A stretch of DNA of 64,000 nt from an uncultured virus (IMG/VR IMGVR_UViG_3300023175_002299) (taxonomy: Duplodnaviria; Heunggongvirae; Uroviricota; Caudoviricetes): positions 1 through 64,000 of IMG/VR virus record IMGVR_UViG_3300023175_002299; one strand, given 5' to 3'. The first letter of the stretch is position 1, and every line of letters starts with the position of its first letter. The translations under genes were made by a program, and so were the position numbers. This document shows, one piece after another, positions 10,052 to 19,190 of the stretch. The notes beneath the pieces are model-generated. The model worked only from the letters and a program-made list of their open reading frames with translations, searched no databases and had not been told where the DNA came from.

Positions 10052-10779
10052 CAAATCATGTTTTTATATTCGGTGGCCCAAGAAACGGTTCTTGGCACTA
10101 TCATTATTCTAGGTGCAAATCTGATCCATTGCTATATGGTGGAACGGAGAACTTAGATTGGTCGGGAAGTAATACAAGAAAATTTGGTGACACGGTTTAC
10201 AGTGGAACCAGTTTTAGACAACAAAAAGATGATATATTTCCTCTACTCCAGTTTGAAGAAGTGACTTTGCCTGGAGTATTCTTTGAAAATTGTTTTTTGC
10301 AGTCTCCAGAAAACTTTATGCACAATATTGATATCATCGAAAGACACGGCAGGAAAGCAATATGTAAAGGGTATGAACATACATATGGACTTTCTGACAT
10401 CTATGATCACGAAAAAGTTTATATAAAGAGACCCCTTGTTGATCAATGGAAGTCCTATGCTATTTGTCATATCACAAAGAAGTGGCAATGGGAAGAAGGT
10501 GACAAGATGCCAGACTCGGAAATCTCTATGGCAGACACAAACAAAGAAAGTGTGAGAGAACTTTTTCTCAATAGAATGACAACCGTTTATAATTTTTATG
10601 GGTTGCATAAAGACTTATCCGAATTTACAGTTTTGGATTACTCTGATGTCGTATCAATGCCCAATGACAGTCCTTTGATACCAACGCCAAAACCAAAACT
10701 ATCATCTGAAGTGAATGACTACATACATGACTTGAGTAAGTTTGATAATCTTTTAGAATTAGAGGCGAAATTCTTTTAA
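10036..10779 (+). CDS. Sulfotransferase-like (P-loop) hypothetical protein
   Basis: N-terminal IFGGPRNGS; later KRPLVDQWKSY resembling the 3'-phosphate-binding motif. Confidence 0.35.
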   Translation: METKVTNHVFIFGGPRNGSWHYHYSRCKSDPLLYGGTENLDWSGSNTRKFGDTVYSGTSFRQQKDDIFPLLQFEEVTLPGVFFENCFLQSPENFMHNIDIIERHGRKAICKGYEHTYGLSDIYDHEKVYIKRPLVDQWKSYAICHITKKWQWEEGDKMPDSEISMADTNKESVRELFLNRMTTVYNFYGLHKDLSEFTVLDYSDVVSMPNDSPLIPTPKPKLSSEVNDYIHDLSKFDNLLELEAKFF

Positions 10780-11714
10780 TGGCATTTCTACTACTATTAG
10801 TTTTTTCTGCGTTATCCGTTTCCGCAGTTGCTGGTTACTTCTCAATAATTGGATTAACGGCTATATTCCCCGCAGTTTTTGCGGAGATTGTGACTATGGG
10901 TGCAGTACTAGAGGTAGCAAAACTGGTCACTGCATCTTGGTTGTATAGAAACTGGAGTACCGCCGGAGTTTTACTCAAAAGTTACTTTACTGTTGCGGTG
11001 GTAGTACTATCCATTGTAACTAGTATAGGAATCTTTGGATTCTTATCAAAGGCTCACATTGAACAGACCGTGAATGCGGGAGGAAATAATGAATTACAGA
11101 TCGAGACCTTGGAACGCCGCATTGCGTATCAGCAAACGATTATCAAAGACGCAGAAACAGTACTGGAACAACTTGACTCCACAGTTGCAACGCTCATTGA
11201 ATATGACAGAATTAGAGGTGATACGGGTGCGATTGCGACACGGAATTCGCAAAAAGAGGAAAGGGACAGTCTCAACCAGCAGATCACTGCTGCGTACTCT
11301 GCTATTGAAGAATCACAAACTGCCCTCTTACCACTTCAGAAAGAACAGTTATCACTTGAGGCGGAAGTTGGGCCTCTAAAATACATTGCGGAGTTAATTT
11401 ATGGAGACGAAGCACAAGATCATTTTGATGCAGCTGTCCGCTGGATTATTATCCTTATTGTTTTGGTATTCGATCCTCTCGCTATTCTTCTGGTTGTTTC
11501 AGCAAACATGACATTCATGCAAAGGAGGGGTGAGAGTATAACTTTTATGAAAGAGGAAGATTTGATCAAAGATATACCAGACTACGGCATGGAAATGTCT
11601 GATAAAGAGGAAGTAGAACTGACCAACTCCGAAGTAGATCAATTTAGAAGACTAGATAAAGGACTAAGGAAAAAACTCGGTTGGTTAATCGATAAGGCTA
11701 AAACTGATGAGTAA
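10779..11714 (+). CDS. Membrane protein with coiled-coil domain
   Basis: Three N-terminal hydrophobic segments, heptad-rich middle, C-terminal TM segment (FDPLAILL). Confidence 0.7.
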   Translation: MAFLLLLVFSALSVSAVAGYFSIIGLTAIFPAVFAEIVTMGAVLEVAKLVTASWLYRNWSTAGVLLKSYFTVAVVVLSIVTSIGIFGFLSKAHIEQTVNAGGNNELQIETLERRIAYQQTIIKDAETVLEQLDSTVATLIEYDRIRGDTGAIATRNSQKEERDSLNQQITAAYSAIEESQTALLPLQKEQLSLEAEVGPLKYIAELIYGDEAQDHFDAAVRWIIILIVLVFDPLAILLVVSANMTFMQRRGESITFMKEEDLIKDIPDYGMEMSDKEEVELTNSEVDQFRRLDKGLRKKLGWLIDKAKTDE

Positions 11715-12789
11715 ATTATTTGTCAATGGATGTTCCATTAGTCTGGGAGCAGAGTTGGGAGAAGAGACACGATATTATGACACGGAAAAAAAGGAACCGT
11801 ATCAGTGGGTAGACACGAAGTATAGAAGAGAGAAGAGATGGTCAACTCTTTTGTCTCAAAAATTAAACACTGGTGTAGTAAATATTTCAAGGGGAGCAGG
11901 ATCAAATCCAAGAACTTGGAGAACGACTCTTGATTTTTTCAACAAACCACAAAACATTGAATACGATGGGATAGCAGTTATTCAATTGACTGGCCCAGAG
12001 AGATTTCAAATTCCTATCAATGAAAGATTTTTAAATTTGTGGGAACCAACATACCCATGTGAAGAATGTGATGGGGTCAGGGGTCACCACACCGATGGGG
12101 ATTTCAATGAGTGGGCAAAGGGTGGTGTCTACAGTCCAGACGATGATGACCTTGATCCAGTCATAGAGGAGTATTCACACTGGAATCAACATAGCATACA
12201 AAGTTTGTTTTCAGAAAACATAGAACAAAGACATTTTGTGAATATGAAAACAGAAGTGATTGGCAATCACAAATTCAATTCTCCAATACATCAAGTTTTA
12301 GATACTTTGAGATATGTTGAATCGCTCGTTTATTTTTTCCGTGCTAAAAGAATTCCTTGTTACATGTGGGATGCTTTAGGTAACTTGCGTCTAATGAACG
12401 TGGTTTTGGATGGATTGAAAGTAGTAGAAGAATCAGAAACATGTGGGGCACTCTCTAGGTATATAAGAGAAGGCAACAGGTATATGCAGATCATCGATCT
12501 ATTTTGTGATGGAGAAGAGTTTTGGGGCATGGATAAAAAAATCCAAGAAAAATACTATTTGTTCTTGCGTGAAACTAAATTATATGATAAAATATACAAT
12601 AAGATTAATTCGGTCAAGTCTATGCCGGAGATGTCTCAAACAGACTTTGGTGATATGTTCCTCAACAAAACTCATCCATCGTTTGTTGGAAAAATGCCTG
12701 GTGGCCACCCAGATGAAAAGTGCCACGAGGCAATAGCTACTAAACTATATGATGAAATCATGGAGAAAAAACTATGGAGTTTGCGATGA
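11707..12789 (+). CDS. SGNH-like protein
   Basis: NGCSISLG...NISRGAGSN...GHPDEKCH. Confidence 0.55.
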   Translation: MSKLFVNGCSISLGAELGEETRYYDTEKKEPYQWVDTKYRREKRWSTLLSQKLNTGVVNISRGAGSNPRTWRTTLDFFNKPQNIEYDGIAVIQLTGPERFQIPINERFLNLWEPTYPCEECDGVRGHHTDGDFNEWAKGGVYSPDDDDLDPVIEEYSHWNQHSIQSLFSENIEQRHFVNMKTEVIGNHKFNSPIHQVLDTLRYVESLVYFFRAKRIPCYMWDALGNLRLMNVVLDGLKVVEESETCGALSRYIREGNRYMQIIDLFCDGEEFWGMDKKIQEKYYLFLRETKLYDKIYNKINSVKSMPEMSQTDFGDMFLNKTHPSFVGKMPGGHPDEKCHEAIATKLYDEIMEKKLWSLR

Positions 12790-13013
12790 ATAAACAAGAG
12801 GTGATTGATGTGCTGGTCAACGGTACTGCTAATATTCTCTACAAAAAGAAGGATGGTACGGAACGTGTTGTGAAGGCCACTCTACAGGAGTCGGTTGTTC
12901 CTGCTACTAGTGGCACTAGCACTCAAAAAGATACCCACGTTACCGTATTCGATGTGGAAAAGTCCCAGTGGCGATCACTAATCATTGACAATATTATTCA
13001 TTTTGTTAAGTAA
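12786..13013 (+). CDS. Small SH3/WYL-like beta-barrel protein
   Basis: YKKKDGTERVVKATL...VFDVEKSQWRS, typical of T4-like phages. Confidence 0.65.
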   Translation: MNKQEVIDVLVNGTANILYKKKDGTERVVKATLQESVVPATSGTSTQKDTHVTVFDVEKSQWRSLIIDNIIHFVK

Positions 13014-13019
13014 AACCTA

Positions 13020-13049
13020 TTGACATATGCGGCTCCTCTGTGGTACTAT
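13020..13049 (+). promoter_or_regulatory. sigma70-type promoter
   Basis: TTGACA-18 bp-TACTAT with TG extension. Confidence 0.6.
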
Positions 13050-13075
13050 ATAATAGTAATACAAAGGAGTCCATT

Positions 13076-13564
13076 ATGGCCACCCAAACTAAACCAAAAA
13101 CCAGACGTAGGCGCAAACCTATGTCAGAAGAACAACGTGCCGCTGCTGCGGAACGTCTCAAAATGGCACGAGAGAAACGTGCCAAAACCAACCCACCAAC
13201 GTACAAAAATGTACACCCAGACGTACTGGCCAAACCAGATGACGATCCGTTATCATTTGCCAAAGTGAAGTCGTGGATAAAGGCTAACAAAGAGAAGTTG
13301 CCTGCCCTACGACAACAGGTAAGACAAGGTGTCAAGGGTTCCATATCTGAGGAATGCGTGATTAAGTCTTACATTGCATACATGGAGGCATACCTAAAGA
13401 ACGGTGATTGGATCGCTGACTACTATGGTGAGAACATGGAAAAAAGAATGGTTCGCACTTGTGTAGCAATGGCATACGACAAAGATGGTAATCCAAAACG
13501 GGACAGAGGAACTTACTATCCCGATCTTGGAATAGTGTGGGGAATGGAAGATGATATTAGTTGA
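13076..13564 (+). CDS. Basic hypothetical protein upstream of rnh
   Basis: AAGGAG SD before ATG 13076; Arg/Lys-rich N-terminus. Confidence 0.6.
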   Translation: MATQTKPKTRRRRKPMSEEQRAAAAERLKMAREKRAKTNPPTYKNVHPDVLAKPDDDPLSFAKVKSWIKANKEKLPALRQQVRQGVKGSISEECVIKSYIAYMEAYLKNGDWIADYYGENMEKRMVRTCVAMAYDKDGNPKRDRGTYYPDLGIVWGMEDDIS

Positions 13565-14429
13565 TTATAATCAAATCAGTATCAGTAATCTGATGGCTGA
13601 GTTGAACAAACGACAAACCGAAGAGATTGATTTTGATTTGGTGCGTCACATGATCCTCAATACGATTCGCAGTTATAGAACACGTTGGGGCAAAGAGTAT
13701 GGTGAAGTTGTTATCGCATGTGATAACCGCCGATACTGGCGCAGAAAAGTATTTCCAAACTACAAAGCAAGCCGCAAAAAAGTGAGAGAAGATAGTGGAT
13801 ATGATTGGTCTACTATCTTTGAGTGTCTCGGCCAAGTCAAACAAGAACTGGCAGAGTATATGCCCTATCCAGTCATTGATGTCAATGGTGCAGAGGCAGA
13901 CGATGTGATCGGCACACTCGCTGAGTATAGTCAGACATCTGACAAGTCTGGTTTGTTTGAGTCTGCTGAACCATTCTTGATTGTGTCTGCTGACCACGAC
14001 TTCCAACAATTACAAAAGTGGGAGAACGTATCACAGTGGAGTCCTATCCGCAAGAAGTTTGTGAAGATTGATAAACCTGCCAGTGAAATACTCATGGAAC
14101 ACATTATCACTGGCGACAAGGGTGATGGTGTGCCAAACATTCTCAGTGATGACGATGTTTTTACCAATAACAAACGACAAAGACCGATCCGCAAAACTCT
14201 TATTGCTGAATGGAAGACAATGAAACCAGAAGAGTGGGTTACTGGTGACATGGTAGAAGGATACATTCGTAACAAGACGATGGTTGATCTGTCACAGACG
14301 CCACAAGAAATAAAAGATGACATCATCTCACAATATGAACTCCAAAAGAACAAGGGGCGTGATGATGTGTATAAGTATTTTAGTAAATTTAATTTGCATC
14401 GTTTAATTGAAAACGTAAAGGATTTTTAA
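13551..14429 (+). CDS. rnh: T4-like RNase H (5'-3' exonuclease)
   Basis: ILVDYNQI, YWRRKVFPNYKASR, EADDVIG, SADHDFQQL, GDKGDGVPN. Confidence 0.93.
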   Translation: MILVDYNQISISNLMAELNKRQTEEIDFDLVRHMILNTIRSYRTRWGKEYGEVVIACDNRRYWRRKVFPNYKASRKKVREDSGYDWSTIFECLGQVKQELAEYMPYPVIDVNGAEADDVIGTLAEYSQTSDKSGLFESAEPFLIVSADHDFQQLQKWENVSQWSPIRKKFVKIDKPASEILMEHIITGDKGDGVPNILSDDDVFTNNKRQRPIRKTLIAEWKTMKPEEWVTGDMVEGYIRNKTMVDLSQTPQEIKDDIISQYELQKNKGRDDVYKYFSKFNLHRLIENVKDF

Positions 14430-14430
14430 A

Positions 14431-14925
14431 ATGAAGTTTAGACAAACAAACGAAGGTTTTGAGTGGGTATTCAAGGGCGAATCTGTCGAGGATCAAGTTG
14501 CCAGACTGAAGTCTTGGGCTAAAACCAATCAAACCCTTGTGCCACTTGTACGCATTGGGGTTGGTGCTCAGAAAGTAGAGTGGAATCTACCAGAAGGACA
14601 ACCAGAGACACTTAAAATCAAAGAAGATATTCCAGATGGTATGGGTGAAACAACCATTCAGTTGGAGTGGCGCAGAGTGTCGCAGTTTTTCACTGAAGGC
14701 AGTAACATGAATAAACTGAGAGATTGGAAACGTGAGACCCAGTGGTTGCAGATTCTTGAGGGTGTACACCACAAAGAAGCAAAGATACTTACAGCAGTGA
14801 AAGATGGAAAACTGCTAGAGTTGTATCCCGATCTAGAAAAATTAATGGAACCGCTTGGTATTACAGAATATAACAAACCAACACCGGCCAAGAAGAAGAG
14901 AGCTCCCCGCAAGAAAAAGTCATGA
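14431..14925 (+). CDS. Conserved T4-like hypothetical protein
   Basis: KRETQWLQILEGVHHKEAKILTAVKD pattern; follows rnh. Confidence 0.55.
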   Translation: MKFRQTNEGFEWVFKGESVEDQVARLKSWAKTNQTLVPLVRIGVGAQKVEWNLPEGQPETLKIKEDIPDGMGETTIQLEWRRVSQFFTEGSNMNKLRDWKRETQWLQILEGVHHKEAKILTAVKDGKLLELYPDLEKLMEPLGITEYNKPTPAKKKRAPRKKKS

Positions 14926-15335
14926 TAGATTCTAATTATGTAAAGAAGAGAGTGTCGAGGGGCATTCTCCACATTGAGAAGGCTTTACTACTATTCATTG
15001 TTGCTGGTACGGTGTGGGCTGCTGGGTATGATATTGTTGGCATGTTTGGTCAACAAGGCAAAATGGCTCTCGCTGATCTTTTCTTGTTGTTCATTTATGC
15101 TGAGATACTTGGCATGGTGGGTGCATTCTATAATGACCACAGAATACCAGTCACGCTTCCTATCATTATCGCAATTACCGCATTGACTCGTATGATTGTA
15201 TTGACCACGAAGGGAACCGAACCAGTGAACATAATTTACGAGAGTCTCGGCATTTTTGTGTTGGCAATATCTGCATTCATACTCAGTTATAAAGACAAAC
15301 TATCACTAGAAAAAGTAAATTTGAGGAAATCCTAA
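14922..15335 (+). CDS. psiE: Phosphate-starvation-inducible PsiE-family membrane protein
   Basis: Four TM segments; LLFIYAEILGMV...IPVTLPIIIAITALTR. Confidence 0.8.
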   Translation: MIDSNYVKKRVSRGILHIEKALLLFIVAGTVWAAGYDIVGMFGQQGKMALADLFLLFIYAEILGMVGAFYNDHRIPVTLPIIIAITALTRMIVLTTKGTEPVNIIYESLGIFVLAISAFILSYKDKLSLEKVNLRKS

Positions 15336-15337
15336 AA

Positions 15338-15532
15338 ATGAAAGAACAGATTAAAACAACATTGAGCTCTTTCTTTGTTGCTATGCGTGATCGTCATATG
15401 ACTAATGCTAGAATTCTGACAGAAAAATCTGTTGGTGTTGCTGAACACCCAGATGTCATGCAGACCATTGAAGAAGAACTTGGTAGGGCAGCAGAGTATC
15501 AAGACAAACTAGAAATGTTAGAAAAACTCTAA
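15338..15532 (+). CDS. Small conserved phage hypothetical protein
   Basis: VGVAEHPDVMQTIEEEL...Y.DKLEML pattern. Confidence 0.55.
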   Translation: MKEQIKTTLSSFFVAMRDRHMTNARILTEKSVGVAEHPDVMQTIEEELGRAAEYQDKLEMLEKL

Positions 15533-16053
15533 TGTCTAGAGCATCAAGATTCTTTTTGTTTCAAACCAGAAATGAATTTTGGATTGTAGACGAAAACTCT
15601 CTGCAACTTGTACCCAAACCCAGAGAATTGATTATTAAACAATCAACGGTGGAGGGTGTGCGAGAGTATGTTATTACTTACAACAAAAAGGATTGGCCCA
15701 TAGTTGATAAATGCAGAGACAGAACTGCATGGCACACACCAGAGGGCAGAGAACGGATTCGCCAAGCAAAACTAGGTGACAAACACCCCCACAAAAATGG
15801 TTTGAGTGAAGACCACAAAAAGAAAATATCCGAGACAATGAAGGGCACACGGCAGGGAGAGTTTAATCCCATGTATGGGCGTAAACACTCACTAGAAACA
15901 CTCGCCAAGATTCGCCAGAAGGCGTATGAGAGACCCAAGATGCGCTGGTGTGTCGAACCCACGGGAAAAATGCATCTTGTCAGGGCGGATTCCGACATCC
16001 CAGAAGACTGGCAATGGGGCCGATTTTACGACAAATACCGCCCAGTATCGTAA
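15532..16053 (+). CDS. NUMOD3 DNA-binding-motif protein
   Basis: HTPEGRERIRQAKLG, SEDHKKKISETMKG, NPMYGRKHSLETLAKI. Confidence 0.7.
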   Translation: MSRASRFFLFQTRNEFWIVDENSLQLVPKPRELIIKQSTVEGVREYVITYNKKDWPIVDKCRDRTAWHTPEGRERIRQAKLGDKHPHKNGLSEDHKKKISETMKGTRQGEFNPMYGRKHSLETLAKIRQKAYERPKMRWCVEPTGKMHLVRADSDIPEDWQWGRFYDKYRPVS

Positions 16054-16164
16054 GCCCTTGATTTTATTGAAGAAAATAATTTCAACTTTTTTGCTTTATC
16101 CTTTTGAATCAATGGCTTACAGAGGCAGCTTTTTCTTGACTTCTGCTTCCAGATGGCTTATAAT
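16051..16164 (+). promoter_or_regulatory. Early promoter cassette with two IHF-consensus boxes
   Basis: WATCAANNNNTTR at 16051-16063 (-) and 16107-16119 (+); TTGACT(16136)-17 bp-TATAAT(16159). Confidence 0.75.
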
Positions 16165-16175
16165 GGCCACATAAG

Positions 16176-16433
16176 ATGATGAAAGAGAGAGTGAATATGG
16201 TTATTGATTTTGTTGGTGCTCAGGATGGTGGTCTGGTCTTCTTTGGCGATGCTGCTGATCCTATTGGTTATGGTTCTACTGTCGAAGAATGTGCAGAGAT
16301 TATCGCAAAAAATGGTCTCGCTTCTCAGGTATCAGGATCGTCTTCAATGGACTTTGCCAGTGAAGAGGGTTTTGAAAATGATGATGATGCCATGATCATG
16401 TTCCGCAACGCAATCAAATTGTCAGGGGTTTAA
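16176..16433 (+). CDS. Hypothetical early protein
   Basis: First ORF after the early promoter; acidic. Confidence 0.55.
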   Translation: MMKERVNMVIDFVGAQDGGLVFFGDAADPIGYGSTVEECAEIIAKNGLASQVSGSSSMDFASEEGFENDDDAMIMFRNAIKLSGV

Positions 16434-16436
16434 TTT

Positions 16437-16865
16437 ATGAAAGTTGTTATCTACACTCAGTTTATGGAAAACTATGGCGCCCACGATTGGGACGGTAAGG
16501 GTGAGTGCCCGCAGTACTGGAAGTCTAAGGGCGGCTCTTGCTTTGTTGTAGAGGCTTCGTTGGAGCAGGCCATGTCTGGCCAGTTTTTCACTGATGTGGC
16601 TAAGTGCATCGAGTATCGCAATGATTATGCTGAAGAGTATATTGTTGGCGAAAACCTAGTCGATGATATCGACTTTGACCCCGCTACAGTTGTAGAAGAG
16701 TGGGATACCGCTATCTACGCTGAACTCGTTGATGGCAAGTTGTCTTGCCGTGAGGATGTAAAGGACTATACTATGGCTCGCAATATCGTTGGTGAGCGCA
16801 CATGGTCGCAGGATGAAAACGGCCGATATGATGTGGCCCTAGAAAAATTTGAGGAGGCCGCTTGA
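16437..16865 (+). CDS. Hypothetical early protein (ENYGAHDWDG...YWKSKGG type)
   Basis: Intact ORF; motif recalled from aquatic T4-like phages. Confidence 0.6.
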   Translation: MKVVIYTQFMENYGAHDWDGKGECPQYWKSKGGSCFVVEASLEQAMSGQFFTDVAKCIEYRNDYAEEYIVGENLVDDIDFDPATVVEEWDTAIYAELVDGKLSCREDVKDYTMARNIVGERTWSQDENGRYDVALEKFEEAA

Positions 16866-17446
16866 AAAACAAATTTATTTTAACCGACTGTGATGGGGTT
16901 TGCCTTGATTGGGAGACCGCATTCATGGGATGGTGTAGGCACAATGGAATGGTTCCCGTGGAGGGATACCAGTTGATGTACAAAATCAACGAAAGGTTTA
17001 ACATTACCCCAGAAGAGGGGAAGAGACTTACCAACCAATTCAACAGCAGTGCCGCTATTGGTTTTCTGCCACCTTTGCGTGATGCCCAATGGTTCATTCG
17101 CAAATTGTTTGAACAACATGGATACCTATTTGTTGCCGTGACTAGTCTTCATAGTGATCCGTATGCACAGGAATTGCGAACTCAAAACCTACGAAAATTA
17201 TTTGGTGATGCCTTTGTTGGGTTTCATTATCTAGACTGTGGTGCTGATAAAGATGAAATCCTTGAACGATTGTCGCATAAATATTATGGAGCACCGTGGA
17301 TTGAAGACAAACCAGTAAACGCAGATGTTGGTGCTGAGTTTGGATTCAATTCATTCCTAATGGAACACGGCCATAATATGGATTATCAGGGGCCGGCAAC
17401 GATTGTCAAAAGTTGGGAGCAACTATATGACATTCTGAAAGGATAA
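16862..17446 (+). CDS. HAD-superfamily phosphatase / 5'-nucleotidase-like
   Basis: LTDCDGV motif I, VTS motif II, WIEDKPVN motif IV. Confidence 0.8.
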   Translation: MKNKFILTDCDGVCLDWETAFMGWCRHNGMVPVEGYQLMYKINERFNITPEEGKRLTNQFNSSAAIGFLPPLRDAQWFIRKLFEQHGYLFVAVTSLHSDPYAQELRTQNLRKLFGDAFVGFHYLDCGADKDEILERLSHKYYGAPWIEDKPVNADVGAEFGFNSFLMEHGHNMDYQGPATIVKSWEQLYDILKG

Positions 17447-17449
17447 CAA

Positions 17450-17683
17450 ATGATCACACTTGAACAGGTTATTATCATACTAGTTTGTATGGGAGGTTGC
17501 TCCTATACTAGTTACAAGGCTGGATTTAAACAAGGCGGTATGATTCATGGTGCGGTCTATATGGCTGTAGTGGAAGAATTTCTTTCTCGTAAAATGGGCA
17601 AGGAATGGTTTGCAACTACATTTGGAAAGGATAATAAAATCTTTACAAGGTTTTTGGAAAGAGAATTGTCGGAAGATGATTGA
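17450..17683 (+). CDS. Hypothetical protein with N-terminal TM segment
   Basis: ORF in the operon; hydrophobic N-terminus. Confidence 0.45.
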   Translation: MITLEQVIIILVCMGGCSYTSYKAGFKQGGMIHGAVYMAVVEEFLSRKMGKEWFATTFGKDNKIFTRFLERELSEDD

Positions 17684-17748
17684 GTTTTTATTATATGTTG
17701 CTGGTGGGATTGTTTTTGTCCTTTGGTGGCACATAAAAGGGGAAGAAG

Positions 17749-18114
17749 ATGTATGAGTACAAAGTAATCATTGACAGATGGGTTGATGGTGATACCGTTG
17801 ATGTGCATATCGATCTAGGTTTTGGAGTCTGGCTCAATGATCAAAGAGTCAGACTTTATGGTATTAACACGCCAGAAAGTCGTACCAGAGATTTGGAAGA
17901 AAAGAAATTGGGTCTTGCTGCAAAAGATTACTGTGTGAACTTTTGCCCAGAAGGCGAGACTGCCGTTCTTAAAACAAAAACATATGATGCCAAGGGCAAG
18001 TATGGTCGTATCCTTGGTGAGATTTGGTCAGACAAAGAATACGCTGATCAGTCATTGAATGAATACTTGGTGGAAAAGGGACATGCAGTCAGATACTTCG
18101 GCGGAAAAAGATAA
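17749..18114 (+). CDS. Thermonuclease (SNase-like)
   Basis: VDGDTVD, VRLYGINTPE, GKYGRILG, LVEKGHA. Confidence 0.88.
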   Translation: MYEYKVIIDRWVDGDTVDVHIDLGFGVWLNDQRVRLYGINTPESRTRDLEEKKLGLAAKDYCVNFCPEGETAVLKTKTYDAKGKYGRILGEIWSDKEYADQSLNEYLVEKGHAVRYFGGKR

Positions 18115-19081
18115 TTATATTATTACTGGTGGATGTTCTTTTACGGCACACACAGACAAAAAAACTTTATCATGGGCCAGACAACTAGAATCTGAATTAG
18201 GAAGAGATTCTGTTATCCATGCTGCACAGATGGGTTCTGGAAATCAGATCATCTGTGATCGTTTATGTTATGAACTATCAAAACCAGAGAGAAGAAAAAA
18301 TGCTGCTGGTGTGGTAGTGATGTGGTCATCGCCATTTAGAAAAGAATTCTTGTTCACTCACGAAGACCCAGACTGGAGAGATATCTACAATGGGTTAAGG
18401 AAAGAACAGCAGACTACTTTTACCAATTATTTCCTCACCGAAAATAATGAGAAAATAAAACACCCGATGTCGAATTGGTTGATCATTGGGGGTGGTTATG
18501 GTATATGGGATTTTGGTATACCGTCATTAGATAGACGCATTAGGTCTTATTTCGATAACAATTTTAGCAAAGCACAATGTTATGTTGACACATGTCGTGC
18601 CATAATTACTCTACAGTCTTTGTGCAAATCCTATGGCGTACCTTTGATGAACATGTGTTGGCAGAATATATTTCACGATGTACACGTTAGACCAACAGAT
18701 GAAATTCATGGCAACGGCGATAGAAACTTAATCTCTGGACAAGCAACTATGGGTTGGTTGGCTAGAAGACTGTGGGACAACACAGAAAAAACTACAACGC
18801 CGTTGCCAGAAAATATGAAGGCAGAATTCAAAAACAAAAGAATTGAAAAGATGTATCCAGACTGTAAACATTGGATGGATATGATTGATTGGGACACTTG
18901 GTTTTTTTATGAGAACGACAGCGTTGTTCAAGGTGGACTACAAGAATTTAGATATTGGGAGTGTGGTGATTTTGCAGAAAATCTGATGTATCACCCGCCT
19001 ACTGATGTCCAAAATGCATGGATGAAATTGGTTAAAAAGGAACTGATTAAACGTGGCATGATAGGAGATAATAATGAATAA
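18059..19081 (+). CDS. SGNH-like protein
   Basis: TGGCSFT...GSGNQII...VMWS...YHPP. Confidence 0.55.
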   Translation: MNTWWKRDMQSDTSAEKDNYIITGGCSFTAHTDKKTLSWARQLESELGRDSVIHAAQMGSGNQIICDRLCYELSKPERRKNAAGVVVMWSSPFRKEFLFTHEDPDWRDIYNGLRKEQQTTFTNYFLTENNEKIKHPMSNWLIIGGGYGIWDFGIPSLDRRIRSYFDNNFSKAQCYVDTCRAIITLQSLCKSYGVPLMNMCWQNIFHDVHVRPTDEIHGNGDRNLISGQATMGWLARRLWDNTEKTTTPLPENMKAEFKNKRIEKMYPDCKHWMDMIDWDTWFFYENDSVVQGGLQEFRYWECGDFAENLMYHPPTDVQNAWMKLVKKELIKRGMIGDNNE

Positions 19082-19190
19082 GACTGTCACTGGTCAAATG
19101 TGTATGGGCGCATTGTGCGTTATGGGTGCTTGGGTATTTTATAAACTTGGGTTAGAATTGTGGTGTCTAGCATATGGGATGTTCATGTGA
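19074..19190 (+). CDS. Small hydrophobic protein (38 aa, not in ORF track)
   Basis: GGAG SD; MNKTVTGQMCMGALCVMGAWVFYKLGLELWCLAYGMFM; GTGA overlap with the next gene. Confidence 0.45.
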   Translation: MNKTVTGQMCMGALCVMGAWVFYKLGLELWCLAYGMFM

